Translations under genes and position numbers: made by a program | In this document: piece after piece, positions 7,901-20,934 of the stretch | How the letters are laid out: each line of letters begins with the position of its first letter | Position numbering within the stretch: position 1 is the first letter of the stretch | Notes under the pieces: model-generated | What the model was told of the DNA's origin: nothing | The model's database searches: none | The model's input: the letters and a program-made list of their open reading frames with translations, nothing else | From: Camelus dromedarius | Lineage: Eukaryota | NCBI RefSeq assembly: GCF_036321535.1 | Contig: NC_087437.1 | Span: 99,698,001 to 99,762,000 of the forward strand | Direction of reading: 5' to 3' | DNA: 64,000 bases

Positions 7901-10900
7901 AAGAAAGATAGGTGATAAGTTAGGAGTCAGAGAGAGAGATGGGGACTAAAACTCTGTGTGGGAGATATTTGAGAGTTATTTAAAGTGGAAAAAGTTATAG
8001 CCAGAAGCAGGATGCTCTGATTTGCCCAAGTTGGGTCTGATCCCTTGGGTAATATTTTAATTTGGCTGCTGTTGCTGCAGCCAGAGGGCTGTAAAAGGAG
8101 GATGGATATTTCCCCGGGGGGAGCTGTGGTTCTGGGCAGATAAAGCAATGAACAATCCTGTCCTCTTCACAGTTCTGTTCAAGGACCTCTGCTATAAATT
8201 CCTTTAACAGTTAGTGTCCATATATTGTCAAGCACCAGTAAATATGGTTGAATTTTCCCCAAACTGTATTCAAATAGATGAATTTCTCATTTTTAAATGG
8301 TTACTGCAAACATGTTGTCTCCCCACCCAATTTATAGACCACCTAAATCTAAATGCTTATCAAGCTTCGATGACCTTTAACGTTCTCCTGCCCAGACTCT
8401 TTTCCGTTCTTAACCAGAGTTTAGTAGCCACTGTTCAACCTAGCTTTATCTGGATGGTTGTATTTTCAACCAGTTTTAAATATTTTAAAGTTTTCTGATT
8501 TTCCATTCAATTTTAAGGCATTTGAAAGGAGCCAGCTCAACTGGAATATCATCCAGTGTTGGAAAATTATCTTTTTTATGCTGATTTGTTGCTTGATTAC
8601 CTAGTGGCTAACATCTACTTAAATACTATCTCTTGCCTCTAGGCACTGGCTTCCAGTTCAATTTCCTTGGGCTTTGTATCTTTGGTTTTCCATCCTCCAA
8701 GCTCTGTTACTTGCCATAATTATTTTCAGTTTTCTTAGTAAAAATGATTTGGATCCTGAGGGCATTTGCTAGATATCAGACAAGGAGCATCATATGGCGA
8801 TAAAAGTACGTCAAACTAATGGGAAAATGGAGCAAAATAGAAAGAGATGCCAGGAGAAAGGAGAGAATCTGGAAGCAAAAAGAAAAGGGACAGTCAAGAT
8901 AGTCATCATATCCGAAAACAAAGAAATGGCCCGAAAGAGTTATGAATCGCTGCAGCAGAATTAATGAGATGGAAAATTTCTCAAGGAAAAGAGCCAAGCA
9001 GAGATAAAGGAAGGAAAAACCAGCACAAAAGGAAGAAAAACAAAACAGGAGAAAAGAAAAATTTTAACCCCCCCAAGTGCAGGGTGAATGAGTAAAACAA
9101 AAGCATGGATAAATTAAGAAATGGCGCATTGCATTAGAGCAAATTTATTCTGTTTTCTTTATTCTTATCTTTAACTGGCTTTGCATTTCTCCGTAGCAAA
9201 GCCAAACTGAAAGGATAATTTTGTTTATGTACCCAATTTGCATAATTGTGCAATATAAATTACAATGCTAATTAAGGACAGCCCTTGGGCTTCTGGAATT
9301 GGGTCAAAGTGACTCCCTGAGAGGAAGGAGGTTGGGGCATTGGCTCTGTCCCCTCTCCCACCGCAGGGAAGCCGGGCAGGAGCAAAGAACCTCTCTGACA
9401 GTGTGTGAAATCTTGTCAGAATTTGTTGAGGACCCAGAACTATATGTCTCACTCCGAAACTTGGCTTTTAAAATCATCTTTGTGTGATTCAGCAATGAGG
9501 CGCTTAAAAGCTAAAAGTTCTCTAATCCTCGGGGAAGTCTGTGTTGGTTATCATCTTAAGAGGCTTTTTTTTTTCTCACTTTTTTTTTTATTCAGAGAAA
9601 AAAATTTTTTCAAACTGGAGATAACTGAGCGTGAACCTGGCATGCAGTATTTTCTCACTGGACTGTTGCCAGAATTGTCCCAAACCGGAGTATGACTTGC
9701 CCCATGCGGAAGCCCAGGGAAACTGACAAGCTGCACTCCAAGCTCTAGTTAAATCCATGTCCTGAAAACTAACCAAGCCGTTGCACCATAACTACATCGA
9801 AAATTCAGTCCCAGAGAGTCTGTTCCCTGCACTAGTCATAATAGGGAACTGAAAGGTTTAGGGTTCATATAATCTTTTGCATAGGTTTTTCAAGGAAAGA
9901 CTATTTCTGAGTCCCTGTAAGTGAAGGCTGCCACGGCTACGATGGAGGAGATGGCATAGGTGTCTGAAGGAGGTGTTTTGCAAGCTTTTTAAAGCTATTG
10001 AACCCTGATTGCTAGCAAAGACCCTATTGTATGCAACACAGAGGGAAACGACTCAAAATCACTCAGGTTGGAGTAGGGATAAGGGGAGTGGCAGCGCCGG
10101 AGGCCAAAGGTCCTCTCTCAGCCCTCCCTAGCCACTACCCCCACTTCTCCATCTTCTGAGAGAGCGGAAGCCACTTCTGTAAGAGATTTACTATCCACTT
10201 ACGTAGCAACGCAGCAGTCAGGGATGTTGGTTTTATACACCCAACTTTAAGACACCTGGAGGTTCTTTTCACTGGGATCATTATACAAATAACCGGAAGA
10301 CACTGGCCTATTTCCTATCCTATGCTACTTTATTCTCTAGGGCATTGTTTCTCAAACTCTTTCACATCTAGGCATTTAAAAATGGTAATACTTCTATGGA
10401 ACACTTTGGGTAAACTAGGGGAGAATTGGGACTTTGGACTAGGCTGCTCATGTTGCAAGGTGACTGGTTCTGGGGCTCGGATCAACTCGATCCTCCAGTT
10501 ACTCAAGACCATAAACGTTGGTTCATGGTTGAACATTAGACTAAAGTCTGATTTAAAAAAAAAACAATTAGTCTCATGAACAATTGGGAAAATTAGCTAA
10601 ATCTTGAGAAGACTGTTTGAGGGTATAGATTTAACCAAGAATAAATTTTCCGACTTATTCTTAGTATAGGAGACAATATACTTTCCATTTTGCTAAAGCT
10701 ATTCTGAATTGAGTTTTGTTTTCAAACTGGAAGAGTCCTGATTGATATATATTTTCATTTCTTAAAATTCAGATCTAATAGATCATGGTCCAGTTTAAAA
10801 ATCTCCAGGAGTCACCATTTCATATGGGATAAAGTCCAAATCTTTATCTACTTAAAAACTAATATGTAGGTTTACCAGCAATACCACCAATATGGGGCTG

Positions 10901-11181
10901 GTGTTCCCTCTCGCTGGTTTCTTGATGGCAGTGTAGCCAAGAGTGGACAGGGTGGTTATCATCTCTGGTCTGGTTAGTGTCTTTTTGTTAGCTTAGTTGA
11001 GCAGCCCTCACCAGACAAGTTTTTTGCTACCCCTACAGCTGATACGATTTTTGGTAGATTTTCTTTCTCTTTTTCTTCTATTGCCCAGGGATTTAGTCAT
11101 TCTAGCCTTTTTCTCTAGCATATACTCTGATCCTAATTGTAAAGGCATAATCTTACAATGGAGATAACTGCTTCTGATGGT

Positions 11182-11183
<2 letters not shown>

Positions 11184-11256
<73 letters not shown>

Positions 11257-11293
11257 GAGAGAGAGAGGAAGAGAGGGAGAGAGAGAGAGAGAG
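11184..11293. repeat. Compound microsatellite (TA)n(GA)n
   Basis: Direct reading. Confidence 0.97.
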
Positions 11294-11307
11294 CAATTAC
11301 CATGGAG

Positions 11308-11480
11308 CTGTGATTCTCAAAGTGTGGTCCTTGAACTAGCAGTATCAACTTCACCTGGGAAATTGTTACCAGTGCAAATTCCTGGGCCCAACTTTTAGAA
11401 TCAGAAACTTTGGGGATGGGGCTTAGAAATCTGTGTTTTAGCAAGTGATTCTCTCGCATAATATAGTTTGCAAACCATTG
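11308..11480. mobile_element. MER5A MITE
   Basis: GTGATTCTCAAAGTGTGGTCC...CACCTGGGAAATTGTTA...GCAAATTCCTGGGCCC...GAATCAGAAACT...AGTTTGCAAACCATTG. Confidence 0.85.
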
Positions 11481-12059
11481 TCAAGGAGGGTCAGGCTTGG
11501 AGAACATCTTGATTGAGGACGTCCTAAATCCCTCTTCCATTATTGAAATAAAAGACACTTCCCTTATACCTTTTTAATTTTTCTCATTGGAGTTTCCTAC
11601 AGGAGCTGCATCCACTCCAGGGCCGAATCTTCTCTAATCAACTGGGTCTGTAGTTTAACAATTTCATGCCCACTTTGGGTGGGTGACTTTTGTTAGGTTC
11701 CTACTTCTCTAAAATATTCCTGGAAGACTAGAACATTAAACTTCCTAGATTTATTCACCACATGCCATCCTATCTCCTCCTGGGTAGAATTTTGAAATTA
11801 TCTTATATACTTTTCCCCTTCTTAATTTTCCTTCTTGCTGATTTCAAGCTAATATTAAAATCTTATTTCCTAGATGTACAAAAACTGGTGACGTTGTGAG
11901 ATACAAAACAATCGATATGGCATGGCCAGGGGACATCATTCTAGAGTTAAACTCATGTCATGAAAATCCACCAAGTAGGCAAAATACATTTGCATAAATT
12001 GGCCTTTATCTATACTTGCATCATGAATAGCAGTTGTGGACAGAAACAAGCCCTGATTC

Positions 12060-12205
12060 TGGGTTTAGAATGCCAGCTTTGGAGCCAGGCATCCTGAGCT
12101 CAGGTCCTGATCCACCACTCACTGGTTATGGGAACTTATACAAACCTTCTGTGCCTCAGTTCCTTCATCTGCCTGTCACAGAGGATGTGCTCAGTATATT
12201 TTAGC
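12060..12205 (+). mobile_element. MIR fragment
   Basis: GCTTTGGAGCCAGGC...CCACCACTCACTGG...CTTCTGTGCCTCAGTTCCTTCATCTG. Confidence 0.75.
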
Positions 12206-12949
12206 TAACACTTTGTTGAAGCAACATCTTGTGAAGAATGCCCACTTGTAGTCAGGCAAAGTTTATATAAACTAAGCACTTACCTCTAAGAAAAAAAAGA
12301 GACATATTATGATGACAGAGAATTGATTGAGAATGATTAGACCCACCCTGGGAGACAAAAACAATGACTAGTTCTTATAAGACTTGCAGTATATACTGAA
12401 ACCTAATGTAACTTTAATTGGTATCCAATGAGATTTAGTATACTTTCCAATTTACCCGAGCCCTGAAACTTGCACCAACTTTAGCTAAGATAATAGTTCT
12501 GTTATTTCTAATTTCGTCTCCTTTCATTTGACTGTGAAAGTGCTTCCTTTTTCAGAGCCTCACTCTCGTCTAGCCCTCCTGCTTCAGAACATGTTACCTT
12601 CATGTTTATACACAGATTGGGGCGATACGTGGTTACTTCCATGCCTGCAAACACATACTATTGTTTGTGAGAAGTGTTCTAAAATTTGTGACTAGCTCAA
12701 AGTTTATGTTAGGATTCTTGATAGACTCAAGTCCAAAAGGGGTGTGGCTTTTCTGCACTTTGGCTGGGCCTGCCAGGAACTGCTGATGACCCCAGAACGT
12801 CTGTGTGCTCTTTGAGAGTCTGGGCTTAGAATTTTACTGTTTTTCCACTTTAGACTCTGTATCTTATTGGCTACATTTTTTCCTTCACAGTTACACCCAT
12901 AATATGCTTTCTAGTCTTGAAAATTCACTTAAATATTACATGTATGATT

Positions 12950-13160
12950 GTAATATGCTTATTAAAAATGTACTAAGTGCCAGGCGCTGTTCTAGGCACA
13001 AAAGATAAAGTGGTTATTAAGGTGCTAGCCATCAGGATGCTTACATTAACTTAGTAAAATAAACTGTAACTTCCTAGAAGGCAAAAACTGAAGCTTATTG
13101 TGTCTGTCTTGCTCTTAGTAGAGTACTGGGAATACACACAGATGATCAATAAAAACTCTT
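12950..13160. mobile_element. Two short L2 3'-end fragments in opposite orientations
   Basis: TACTAAGTGCCAGGCGCTGTTCTAGGCAC (minus, ~12970) and AAACTGTAACTTCCTAGAAGGCA...GATCAATAAA (plus, ~13060-13155). Confidence 0.55.
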
Positions 13161-13409
13161 GGATTATTAAAATAAATACTACATTTAAAATATTAGGAAT
13201 GTCTGAGGAACCTGGGTGAAGGAAACATGGCAAGTATAGACTTACGGAGTGGGAGAGTATTTGAGCTGCAAGGTACTTAAAAGGGTATCACTGAAAATAC
13301 TTGGTTTTTAGATAAGATAACAGAGAAAACCCCCTTGTCAGTCACTGAAAATTTGACTGTGATTGTGTAGCACAGAGCTCACCCGCAGCAGACCTAGTAG
13401 GGAGATGTC

Positions 13410-13580
13410 AGAAGTACTGGGACGAGCACTGAGATCAGGGTGAGACCGAGTTGGCCTCCTCATTTAGCAGCTATATGACCTTAGGCAAGTCGCTTAAGTT
13501 CACAAAACCCACATAAAATAGTTCATTCAAACTTTCAGGTATGTTGTCGAGAATTAAAGGAATAAAATATTTGAGAGTTT
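13410..13580 (+). mobile_element. MIR fragment
   Basis: CATTTAGCAGCTATATGACCTTAGGCAAGTCGCTTAA...GTTGTCGAGAATTAAAG. Confidence 0.7.
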
Positions 13581-14289
13581 GGGGGCATTTTTTTAAACAT
13601 TAACTATTTTTCTAGGCAGACAGGATTGGGTTTGGGAAATGTGTCCTGGATGGACAGATGATGATGAAAATAGGGAGTCACTGGGAGAAGGTGGAACATG
13701 CCTCAGTTCACAATCATTAAGGGCTGCCATGAAATTCCACCCCCAACCCCCAAATCTAAATGGATATATGGACCTTCTAGACTGTGTAATTTGATCATCA
13801 AGAGATTCAACTGCAGTGCCACTTACAGTTTAGACCATTACTGTGTGGTAGTGTTAATTTAAAAATATTTAACCTCTTTTATTCTGACATATTTAGTACA
13901 GAAAACAAATGGGAATTGAAGTATTCCTCAAGCTCGTCATGAAAATGCCTAGTGTACTTTGTGGACAACAATTTCTTGGATTATTAGTCATTCTGCTATT
14001 TGTTTTTCAGGAGGTGCCAACATATTGTGAGATGTTCTATATTTATGAAACATAAGACAAACTGTGAAGATAACAATGCATTTTGGGTGAGCCAAAGCAG
14101 TAGTCCAAATATCTTGTTAAAATTGAGACCAACACTTTGGGTTGTATGTTTATTCATAGATAGATTTAAAAGTATTATTGAAGGTATGTTTCTCATTGCC
14201 ACTTTTTAATTTCCCTTTTTAGACTGAAAATCAGGAAACATGAGACCTGGTCCTGACATCGCTTCATCCAGGTTGGATAGCATGTCTTC

Positions 14290-14495
14290 AGAGAATGTTT
14301 CCTGCGCCCCTCCCCCAGGAGAGTTAAGCATTCTTCAGCCATGCTCTCACATTTTGCTCTATTGTAGTTGTGTGTTCATGCACCCATCTTTTGTATCAGA
14401 CAGGGAGTTTCCTGATGGGAGACACTTCATCTTTTTCTGCTCGGTTATTTAAGAACAGGGCCTGGCACGTTGTTGGTGTTCAAAAAAATGCTTCT
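14290..14495 (+). mobile_element. L2 3' fragment
   Basis: AGACAGGGAGTTTCCTGATGGGAGACAC...AGAACAGGGCCTGGCACGTTGTTGGTGTTCAAAAAA. Confidence 0.6.
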
Positions 14496-14794
14496 TTACT
14501 CCAGTTCAATCCATCAAAATGAATATTAATCTCAGACTAACTCTGGAAAAGTGCTACAAGGTTAATTAGGACTCTCCGGAAATATTTTGATTTCAATTTT
14601 GATTTAGCAATAACTTGAACCCCAGAACTTTTCAGAACTTGATTTAGAGACATAGAAAACCTGGGCAAATAGTATTTATGTTTTTATATTCCCCCAAGAG
14701 TATACTAAGCCTTTCAGGGAAAGAATCTACTGAGGAAATTCATAGAAACTGAATATAAGTGAGCAGAAATAAGTGGCCCAACTGCGTGCATGTA

Positions 14795-14798
<4 letters not shown>

Positions 14799-14826
<28 letters not shown>
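14799..14826. repeat. (TG)n microsatellite
   Basis: Direct reading. Confidence 0.97.
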
Positions 14827-14892
14827 AGATTTGAAGGTTAGATGGGAGAAGGCAGTGTCAAAATAGCAGATCTTGCCTTTGCTAGTCACCCG

Positions 14893-15368
14893 CAGTGACA
14901 GCCACAACCCAATGCCTACTCAACATCCACTTCTCCTCTCTTACTTAACAGCCATGCCAATTATGGAGAAATGTGTTCAGCTAAAAACCTTGCTTTGGCA
15001 ACCTCACATGTAGATAAATGTAGTCTTGTGACCGAGTTCTGGTCAATGATAAAATTAATGGCAGCCTCTTGCTGAGGCTTCTAGGAAAGCTTTAGAAGAG
15101 AGAAACTCACTGGGATGTTTCTTCATTCGCTTCGCCTCCCTCCCAGATGGATGCCTGGAGACGCGACCATCTTCCAATCATGAGGATTAAATCCACATTT
15201 TAGGATTGGTTTCAAGAGGAATTCAGAAGAAATCTGCATCCTTGATGACATCAAGCCACAGTGCTCATCCTGATCTTTCCATCCATGGTCTTGTTGCATA
15301 AGACAAGTAACCACTGACTTATTTAAGTCACTGTTGGGTTTTCTTGAAACCAGACAGAGCCCTGATAC
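14893..15368 (+). mobile_element. MaLR solo LTR (older MLT1H/I/J-like)
   Basis: GTGACCGAGTTCTGGTCAATGA, GATGCCTGGAG...CCATCTT, CCTTGATGACATC, TTATTTAAGTCACTGTTGGGTTTTCT...CCTGATAC end motif. Confidence 0.7.
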
Positions 15369-16534
15369 GTTTGTCCTTCCAGGGAAAAGGGGTGCACATG
15401 ACTTCGGAGTCTGATGAGACTTTCCATGGCCAAAACCACTCTATTGGAACAACTCCATCTCTGCTCATAGTGCAAGGGAATGGTCCTGAATGACACGTGG
15501 GGTCTGAACATTTCTTTGTTAGTTTTTCCTGAAACCTAGGTTTAAAGAACCCATGAAAGTTCTCTTAGAAGTAAATATGTAATTTCTGTGGGCTTCAGTA
15601 GATAAATTCAATTGCTATATGTATGCTTAGTTTTGGCAAAAATCAAATAAGCACCATCCCTTACATAATATGGCTTTAATTAAGTTTAGTTCTCTCTGGG
15701 TGTGATGCATATTACAGAAACACAATCAATGAACATTGGTGATTTGCTTAAATCTTGCTCTCTGTCCCATTTATGTAATTTATTGTGTCAGTGGTTCTCA
15801 AGTGGTGTGCTCTGTAGCTCATCCTCTGAAAATCCTTCCCAGATGCGTTCAAGATTTTTCATTAATTTGTATATTTTATTTTTGATAAGTACACATGCTT
15901 GTGACTGGAAAACACCCTTCTTTTAATCCCAGAGGATTATCTGGCCTTGTGAATAATTGATTTATACCCTGCCCACTCCACCCCTATTATTCAAATAGAG
16001 ATTATTGAAGAAATCCCTGCCCTATAAATTGAGCTCATCTAAAAATGAAAGGGAAAATACGTTAAAGGTTTCTGCAGGATCTGCTATGTATAACTTAGTC
16101 TTTTTTCCCATTAATATGATTCTAGAAAAGGTTGCATTCCTAAGTATCAAAACTAGAACACAGTGTTAAAACAAGCAGTGATAAAATCTGTAGTGACATT
16201 TGTCCATGGAGGTGATGTCTTTGGTTAGTGAGCTCCAGGACTAGAAACCAGGCTTCTGTCTTTTAACTTGTGGAACAGTAAAAGGACTAAAACTGCTCTG
16301 TATAATCACATGAAAAGCTATATTATTATAGGCCATCATTATGTACGTTGTTTCTGTTTATGAATTATAGTGCTTGTCCGTGGGGAGTATGTGCATGGAT
16401 GTGTATACACACATGCATACATGTGTGTCTGTTTGATTCATTAATCTGGCCTATTAAATATAGCAAAAGAATGAGGAGAAATACTTATACCTTGAACTGA
16501 AGGACCTGGCTTAGCTCAGCATCTGTACAATCTA

Positions 16535-16720
16535 CTCTCTAGTGTCCATTCCTTTACCATGAAGATAAAGGAATGGTACCTAAAACTAAAATTGCATTTG
16601 CTAGACTGCTTTGCAGCTTGGTTTCTGGGTGAGGTTATGTTTGACCAGCCAGATGTTCTCACATAACACTTGCAAGTGACAGTGAGGCAAAGGTCACACG
16701 GCTGGCTGGCTCTGTTAACT
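16535..16720 (+). mobile_element. MLT1-like LTR fragment
   Basis: CATTTGCTAGACTGCTTTGCAGCTTGG...TTTGACCAGCCAGATG resembles the 5' part of older MLT1 LTRs. Confidence 0.4.
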
Positions 16721-16769
16721 TCTAATGACCTTTATTGGGGTACACATTATAGAGAATATAAATGAGCTT

Positions 16770-17090
16770 TTGTTGGCATACACTTTGTATAGAATATATA
16801 TTTATACAGAATATACATTTAGTTTGATGAGTTCTGACAGATTTGCAGACCTGTGTAACCAGTAGCAATACAAAGGTACATGATAATCCCTCACCGCAGA
16901 AAGGTTTCTTGTGCTCCCTTCCAGGTAGTCTTCCACCCCTGATCCAGGCAACTATTGATCTGCTGTTTATTACCATGAATCATGGTTGTCTTTCCTAGAG
17001 ATTCAAGTAAGTGGAATCATATATGTATCCTCTTTAAATCTGGCTTATTTCATTCAACAGACTGTTTCTGGAGTTTATCCATGCTCTTGA
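16770..17090 (-). mobile_element. L1 3' UTR (L1MC/L1ME-like)
   Basis: AGTTTGATGAGTTCTGACAGAT...CCTGTGTAACC...CAGGCAACTATTGATCTGCT...GTGGAATCATA...TCTGGCTTATTTCATTCAACA. Confidence 0.8.
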
Positions 17091-17525
17091 CGTGGTAGGC
17101 AGGATTCTAAGCTAGCCCCTAAGAGTCTTGCCTTCTGGCATGCACAGCTTTTTCTCAGTTATTCAATCAAACTCTAATCCAGATGATATTGTGAAGGGAT
17201 TTCTCTCTAATAAGTTTGCTGTAAGTGGGTGTTTTTCCTCGGTGAGTATGCTGTAAGCAGATGATCCTTTAGGAAAAGTTAGAGATATTTGAAATATGAG
17301 AGAAACTCTGCAATTGGTTTTTTAGAGAGAGAACTTCCATGTTGTAGAGCAGGCTTCATGGCAGAGAACACCGAGCAATCTCTAGGAGCTGAGAACAGAC
17401 CTGTGTTGACAGCCAGCAAGAAAGCTGCATCCTCAGTCTTACAACCACAAAGAACTGAGTTCTGTCCACAACCAAGTGAATTTAGGAGAGACCCTGAGCC
17501 TCAGGAGATCACAGCAATGGCCAAC
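17091..17525 (+). mobile_element. MLT1E/F-type MaLR LTR, 3'-truncated, inserted in L1
   Basis: GTGGTAGGCAGGATTCTAAG...CTCTAGGAGCTGAGA...GACAGCCAGCAAGAAAG...CCTCAGTCTTACAACCACAAAGAACTGAGTTCTG. Confidence 0.85.
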
Positions 17526-17529
17526 TCCT

Positions 17530-20500
17530 CAACAACGTATCAGAGTCCCAGTGGTTCCATAGCTCCACAAACACTTGAAAGTGTCAGTCAGCTTAATTGT
17601 AGCCATTTGAATGGGAATATAATGGTACTCATTATGGTTTTAATATGCATTTCCCTAATGCATGTTAGGTATGTTAATGATGTTAAGCATCTTTTCATGT
17701 ACTTAGAGGCCATTTGTATATCTTCCTTTATGAAATATGTTTCAATAAATTGCTTATTTTAAAAACTGAGTTGTTTTACTTCTGTTATTGAGTCTTAAGA
17801 GTTCTTTATTTAAGTACAATTCCTTTATCAGATATATGTGTTGCAAATGCTTTTTCTCAGTTTGTGGCTTGTGTTTTCAATTTTAAACACTTTATTGAAA
17901 AGCAGTTTTTATATTTGATGAAGTACTTTTTATCCATTATTTTCTGTTATTATTGTTACTTTTTGAGTAATCTATGAAAACATTTCTGTGTCAAGACAAA
18001 AAATATTAAATTTTTATCCCAGGAATTCTATGACTTTAGCTTTTATTTTTACATCTGTGATTTATTTTGAGTTAATTTTTCTGTGTATTTTGCAGTGAAG
18101 GTTGATGTTTGTTTTTCTATCTGTAGATACTTTCAATTTTTCCAGCACCACTTGTTGAAAACTCTCTCCTTTCCTCATTGAATTATTTTGTCTGAAGTAT
18201 TATGTTTAAAATCAAACGACCACATATGCATGGTTCTACTTTTGAACTACGTATTTTGTTCCGTTTACCTGTATGTGAATTTTTCACCATACTATTGTCT
18301 TGATTATTGTAGATTTCTTGGGGATCTTGGCATCTAAGTATTCCAGTTTTGTCCTTTTATCAAGTTGTTTTGGCTATTCTAGGTCCTTGGTATTTCCCTA
18401 TAATGTTTTGAATTAGGTTGTCAAATTTTCTCAAAAATAAAGCTTGCTGGGATTTTGAATGAGATTGTATAGAATCTAGAGATCAGTTTCGGGAGAAATG
18501 GTAACTTTTAACATTGAATACCCAAATCCATGAACATCATATCACTGCCCATAATGGTCTTCTTTAATTCCTTAGCAATGTTTATAGTTTTCAGTATACA
18601 GGTCTTGCAGTTTGTTAAATTCTAAGTATTTCATTGTTTGGATGCAATTGTGAATACTTAAAAAATAATTATCTTTTGTTCATTACCAGTACATAGCAAT
18701 ACAATTGATTTTTATATTGATCTTATCTTGTGCAGTCTTTTTATACTCACTTCTTAATTCTAGTAGCTTTTTTTTTGTAGAGTCCTTAGGAGTGTCTACA
18801 TACATCATCATGTTATTTGCTAATTAAAAGTTTTACTTCTTACTTTCACATTGTGTGCCCTTATTTCTTTATTTTGCTTTATTGCACTTTACTACAACAT
18901 TGATTAAGGATGTTGACTGTGGAGGCTCTTTCCTTGTTCCTAATGTTAGGGAAAAAACAATCTGTCACTCTTCAGTATGATGTCAGCTGTAGGTTTTTAT
19001 AGATATTCTTCATTAGATTGATAATGTTTCCTTCTATCACTAATTTACTCAGATATTATATCATAAATGGGTGTTGAATTTTGTCAAATGCTTTTTCTAA
19101 ATCTTGTGAAATATCTAATGTTTTTTCTCCTTTAGTCTGTTAATTTGATGAATTATAATGATTGATATTAAGAAGTTAAATTAACTGTGCATTCCTGGAA
19201 AAGCCCCATATGTTTATATATTCCCTTTTAAAAGATTTACTGGATTAAATGTGCTAATATTTGCTCAGGACTTTTATGTCTAAAATCATGAGGATTATTT
19301 GTCTATACTTATAATATTTTGAATCAGGTTATCTCAGAAAATGAATTATAATTTTCTAGAAGAATTTGCATAAGATTGGTGTTATTTTTCCTTACATCTG
19401 TGATAGAATTCACCAGTGAAGTCATCTGAATCTGGAGATTTCTTTGTGGGATCATTTAAAATTTTAATTTCAATTTCTTTAATTGATGTATGGCTATTCA
19501 GATTTTTTATTTCTATTTCTTTTTGAGTCAGTTAGGTAATTTGTACCTTTAAAGGAATTTATTCTTTTTATCTATTATTTTAAATGTATGGGCTTAAAAC
19601 TGGTCATAGTATTCATTTACTGTCTTTTTAGCGTCAGTAGAATTAATTTCGACGTCCCCTTTTCCATTTCTGATACTGTTGACATATGTCTTCCACTTTG
19701 TCTCAGTGGATTGTCCTTTGTGTTTTCCTACTCAAGATTCATTGTGCATCGTATATGGTTTTTTCTTAATTTGGAAATCTTGTTCATTATAGCTTCAAAT
19801 ATTTGCTCTGCTACGACCCTTTTCTGAGACTTCAGTTATACAGGTTCTCAACTGCTTATTGGTGTCCCATGTCACTGAAATGGATTTCAGTTTTTTTCAC
19901 TCTTGTCTTCCTCTCTGTGTGCCATTTTAGATAATATTTATTGATGCTCTTTGAAAGTTCTCTAGCTTTTCTTTTGCAGTATCTAATCTGCTGTTAATCC
20001 CATATTATGAATTTTTTATGTTGGATGTTCTATTTTACATCTCTGGAAATTCCATTTTGTTCCTTTTTAAATGCTTCCTTTGTCTCCACACTACATTTAT
20101 GTTTTTCTGTACACAGCTTATGTGTACAAACATGATTACAACAAACAAAATTATGATAGATGTTTTAGTATTTTTCTTCTAATTATTATTCTGTCGTTTC
20201 TGTTATTTCTTGTTCTGCTTCATTTTGCTAATTTTTCTCTTGGTTCTATGTCTCCTCTTCCTTTTTTTTTAGCGTGCATAGTAATTTTTGACAGGATGCT
20301 CGATGTGTACATTTTACAGTGGTGATGATTAGTAATTGTTATTGTTCTTTAAAGAGTGGTGGCCTTTGTTCTAGAAGACAGTTAAGTTACTTGCAGTTTA
20401 TCTTGCTCTGTTTTAGGTTTCTTTTTATTTTTCTTTGTATACGACTGGAGTAGCCTTTACTCTAGGTATAATTTAGCTTCCCTAATAATATGTGATTTTT

Positions 20501-20930
20501 TGACATCTCTGTTGAATTTCAAGGGTCATCAGTGAGGACTCTCCATGGTGGCTGGAGCAAACCAAAGGATCTCCATCCTTCCAGTCAATTTTTGCCTGTT
20601 GTCATGGGATTTCATCCATGTGTATACATATTATTCAGCTAAGTCTCAAGGGACCTTATTAAGATTGCCAGTGTTCTTTTTCTGCATAATTCCCTCCTCA
20701 ATGGAACTCTAATTTACTATTTCCATCCCTCTTAGAATTCTTGAATTCCAGTCTCTTTCTTCTCAAATTAGTAAGACAGCCATGATTTACCTAGAACCAT
20801 CCTCCCTACTCCAGGTTCTAGACTGTAACTCCAGATAGAAATCTAGGGCAATTGCAAGTGTCACCTCATTTGTTTCTAGTCTCCAAGGATTACAGTCCTG
20901 CACTGGCGGTTGTCTAATATACAGAAACAG
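17530..20930 (-). mobile_element. Long decayed L1 (ORF2, then ORF1/5' remnants), internally deleted
   Basis: Reverse L1 ORF2 hallmarks: GTTTTAATATGCATTTCCCTAATG, TTCCAGCACCACTTGTTGAAAA, TTGGCTATTCTAGGTCC, GGGTGTTGAATTTTGTCAAATGCTTTTTCT, TAGAATTCACCAGTGAAGTCATCTG. No intact ORF. Confidence 0.85.
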
Positions 20931-20934
20931 TAGA

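Noticed and set aside
11133..11459. ORFs with YIYI/RERE/SLSL runs
   Set aside because: Translations of the (TA)n(GA)n microsatellite and MER5A.
17289..17762. Longest ORF (157 aa) as a gene
   Set aside because: It starts at TTG and runs across an MLT1 LTR/antisense L1 junction. The C-terminal VLICISLM…HLFMYL is the usual antisense-L1 translation.
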